Shown here piece after piece: positions 27,561 to 29,153 of a DNA stretch of 29,153 nucleotides (the first letter of the stretch is position 1; every line of letters begins with the position of its first letter). The stretch comes from Candidatus Zhuqueibacterota bacterium (GTDB taxonomy: Bacteria > BS750m-G25), in NCBI GenBank assembly GCA_016783505.1, contig JADHWK010000002.1:62001-91153 (forward strand), read 5' to 3'. The translations under genes were made by a program, and so were the position numbers. The notes under the pieces are model-generated. The model ran no database searches and had not been told where the DNA came from. It saw only the letters and a program-made list of their open reading frames with translations.

Positions 27561-27983
27561 CTAAAAAATTTTATAAAACTTTTTTAAAAAACTAACTCGA
27601 GATAAATTCGAAACTAATGCAATAAAATACATTGCAAAACTAAGAACCATTAATGCATCATGAGTTGTTTTATCAAGTGGAAGTTTATTTGCAATTCCGT
27701 AAAATATTAAACCTATTAAAATTGAAAAAATAAGAAAAATTATACCATATTTTTCTGAGTCAATAAATTCTCTAACAACTGATTTAATTTTTTCTAACAA
27801 ATCATTACAATAGTCACAATTTCCCTGATAAGTTGAAATTTTTGTTCTTAGTTTTCTCAAATAAAAACCGGCATACAATAAAACAACAACGACAATAATT
27901 ATTGCAATAGAATGATTATAACAAAAAGTTCCTAAAAGTTTTATAAATTCTAAAAAATCTTTATTACTAAAGTAATCATTCAT
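27561..27983 (-). CDS. Hypothetical membrane protein (about 3 TM)
   Basis: Three hydrophobic segments; overlaps the upstream gene's stop. Confidence 0.7.
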   Translation of the reverse strand: MNDYFSNKDFLEFIKLLGTFCYNHSIAIIIVVVVLLYAGFYLRKLRTKISTYQGNCDYCNDLLEKIKSVVREFIDSEKYGIIFLIFSILIGLIFYGIANKLPLDKTTHDALMVLSFAMYFIALVSNLSRVSFLKKFYKIF

Positions 27984-29025
27984 TTTCTACCTTGTATTTT
28001 TCAATCGATGTTAATAATAAATATAAGATAGTTGAACCAATAACACTAAAAATGGCAGCAGATGAATAAGGATTGATAATCTCATTATTTATTATAAGAG
28101 GAATTAAACATAAAACAACTCCCCCAATAATACTTACATAAGCTGATAATCTGTTTAACTTTTTTGAAATGAAGATTAAAATTATTGATGGGAATAAAGC
28201 GAGTTGAAAAGCATAGAATGTATATAGAATATTATCAATACCAGAAACAAATTTTCTAACTACAACATAAAGAATAAAAAATATGAATGTATATGCAATT
28301 GTCCACATTCTGGATTTAGAAAGCTGAGCTTTTTCAGAAATATTACCCTTAAGAATAATATCATAATATGTAGTATATGAAATTGAAGAAATTAAACTAT
28401 CCAAGGTCGAATACATTATAGAAATCATGCAAAAGATGAAAATAAAAATATATATATTGTCTATTAAAGATACGGAGCTAAATGAAGCAGCAGCAAGATT
28501 CTGAAGTGCAGTCCATGCATCTGGAAGATTAAATCCTACATAGCGAAGTGACATGCCAAAGAAAATTGCTATTATCCAAGTTATTGGCGAATAGATTGAA
28601 ATGAAAGAAATAGTCTTACTTAGTTCTTTCCTTAACTTTTCATCATATTTAAAAGATGCTAACCTTTGCCAGCCAGAAATGTCAACTATTTGCCAAAGGC
28701 CATTGGCAAGAAGAAGGCTAATTAAGGATAGTTTTCCAAGTGAAAAAACATTAAAGAATTTCTGTTCTTTCCAAAAGAATGAAAATGAATCTTTTATATT
28801 TAAGTTACTACTTAGGTTAACAATAATAAAAATTGTTCCAATTAAAAAAGCAAAAAGACTTAAATAAAGTGTTGTAGAATACTTTTTAGGAAATACGTTT
28901 GGATTAATAGTGTTAAGTTTTTTAAAAAGAATATTTAATGCTAATAGGCTAAAAAAAGATAGAACAAATAGAATTACTCCAGTATAAACATAGCCATTGT
29001 TTATTACCTTTATATGTATTATCTT
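27976..29025 (-). pseudogene. 5'-truncated sodium:solute symporter (SSS)-like membrane protein
   Basis: Frame stays open upstream of 28554 (LANGLWQIVDISGWQRLAS; later SIMYSTLDS) to an in-frame TAA at 29044-29046, with no standard start codon in between. Confidence 0.65.
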
Positions 29026-29153
29026 GAGGGGGTGTTTACACTTTTATGTTATTGTTCTTTTTTGGGAACCTACTATTTTCTTTTAATAGGGTTATGAATC
29101 ACTGGTCGATAAAGCTTTCTTGCTCAGGTATATTTAACGAACAAAACCGTTTT
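29026..29153. mobile_element. Probable IS end (IS5/IS1182-like terminal repeat); element extends beyond the window
   Basis: GAGGGGGTGTTTACACTTTT lies where the symporter frame loses coherence; a minus-strand frame (..KRFCSLNIPEQESFIDQ*) runs in from the window edge. Confidence 0.4.

Overview
Bacterial chromosomal window, most genes on the minus strand. The gene content suggests an FCB-group lineage outside classical Bacteroidetes (inference). The GC-rich backbone carries folC (partial), an AmiC-type amidase, a ComEA-HhH barrel / PorV-like / PorD(DUF4835) cluster, groES-groES-groEL, a FadF-type Fe-S oxidoreductase, a DUF151 nuclease and etfA. Two AT-rich accessory tracts interrupt it. (1) About 7.6-13.2 kb, downstream of groEL: bounded by a duplicated half of the groEL terminator, punctuated by three copies of a terminator(+promoter) module, and containing a promoter / attI-like / attC mini-array, a GYD protein and an orphan proteasome-beta-like protein. 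(2) 20.35 kb to the window end, where etfB would normally lie: an integrase-less array of four attC-like sites. It holds two decayed copies of the etfB 3' tail, a GIY-YIG cassette, an IS-truncated symporter, and a 5.6-kb two-gene unit encoding a nitrilase-fold enzyme and a Rad50/SbcC-like ATPase with an extra N-terminal domain. That pair is the best candidate for a novel Lamassu/ABC-three-component-like antiphage system. All family calls come from motif recognition by eye; no searches were run.
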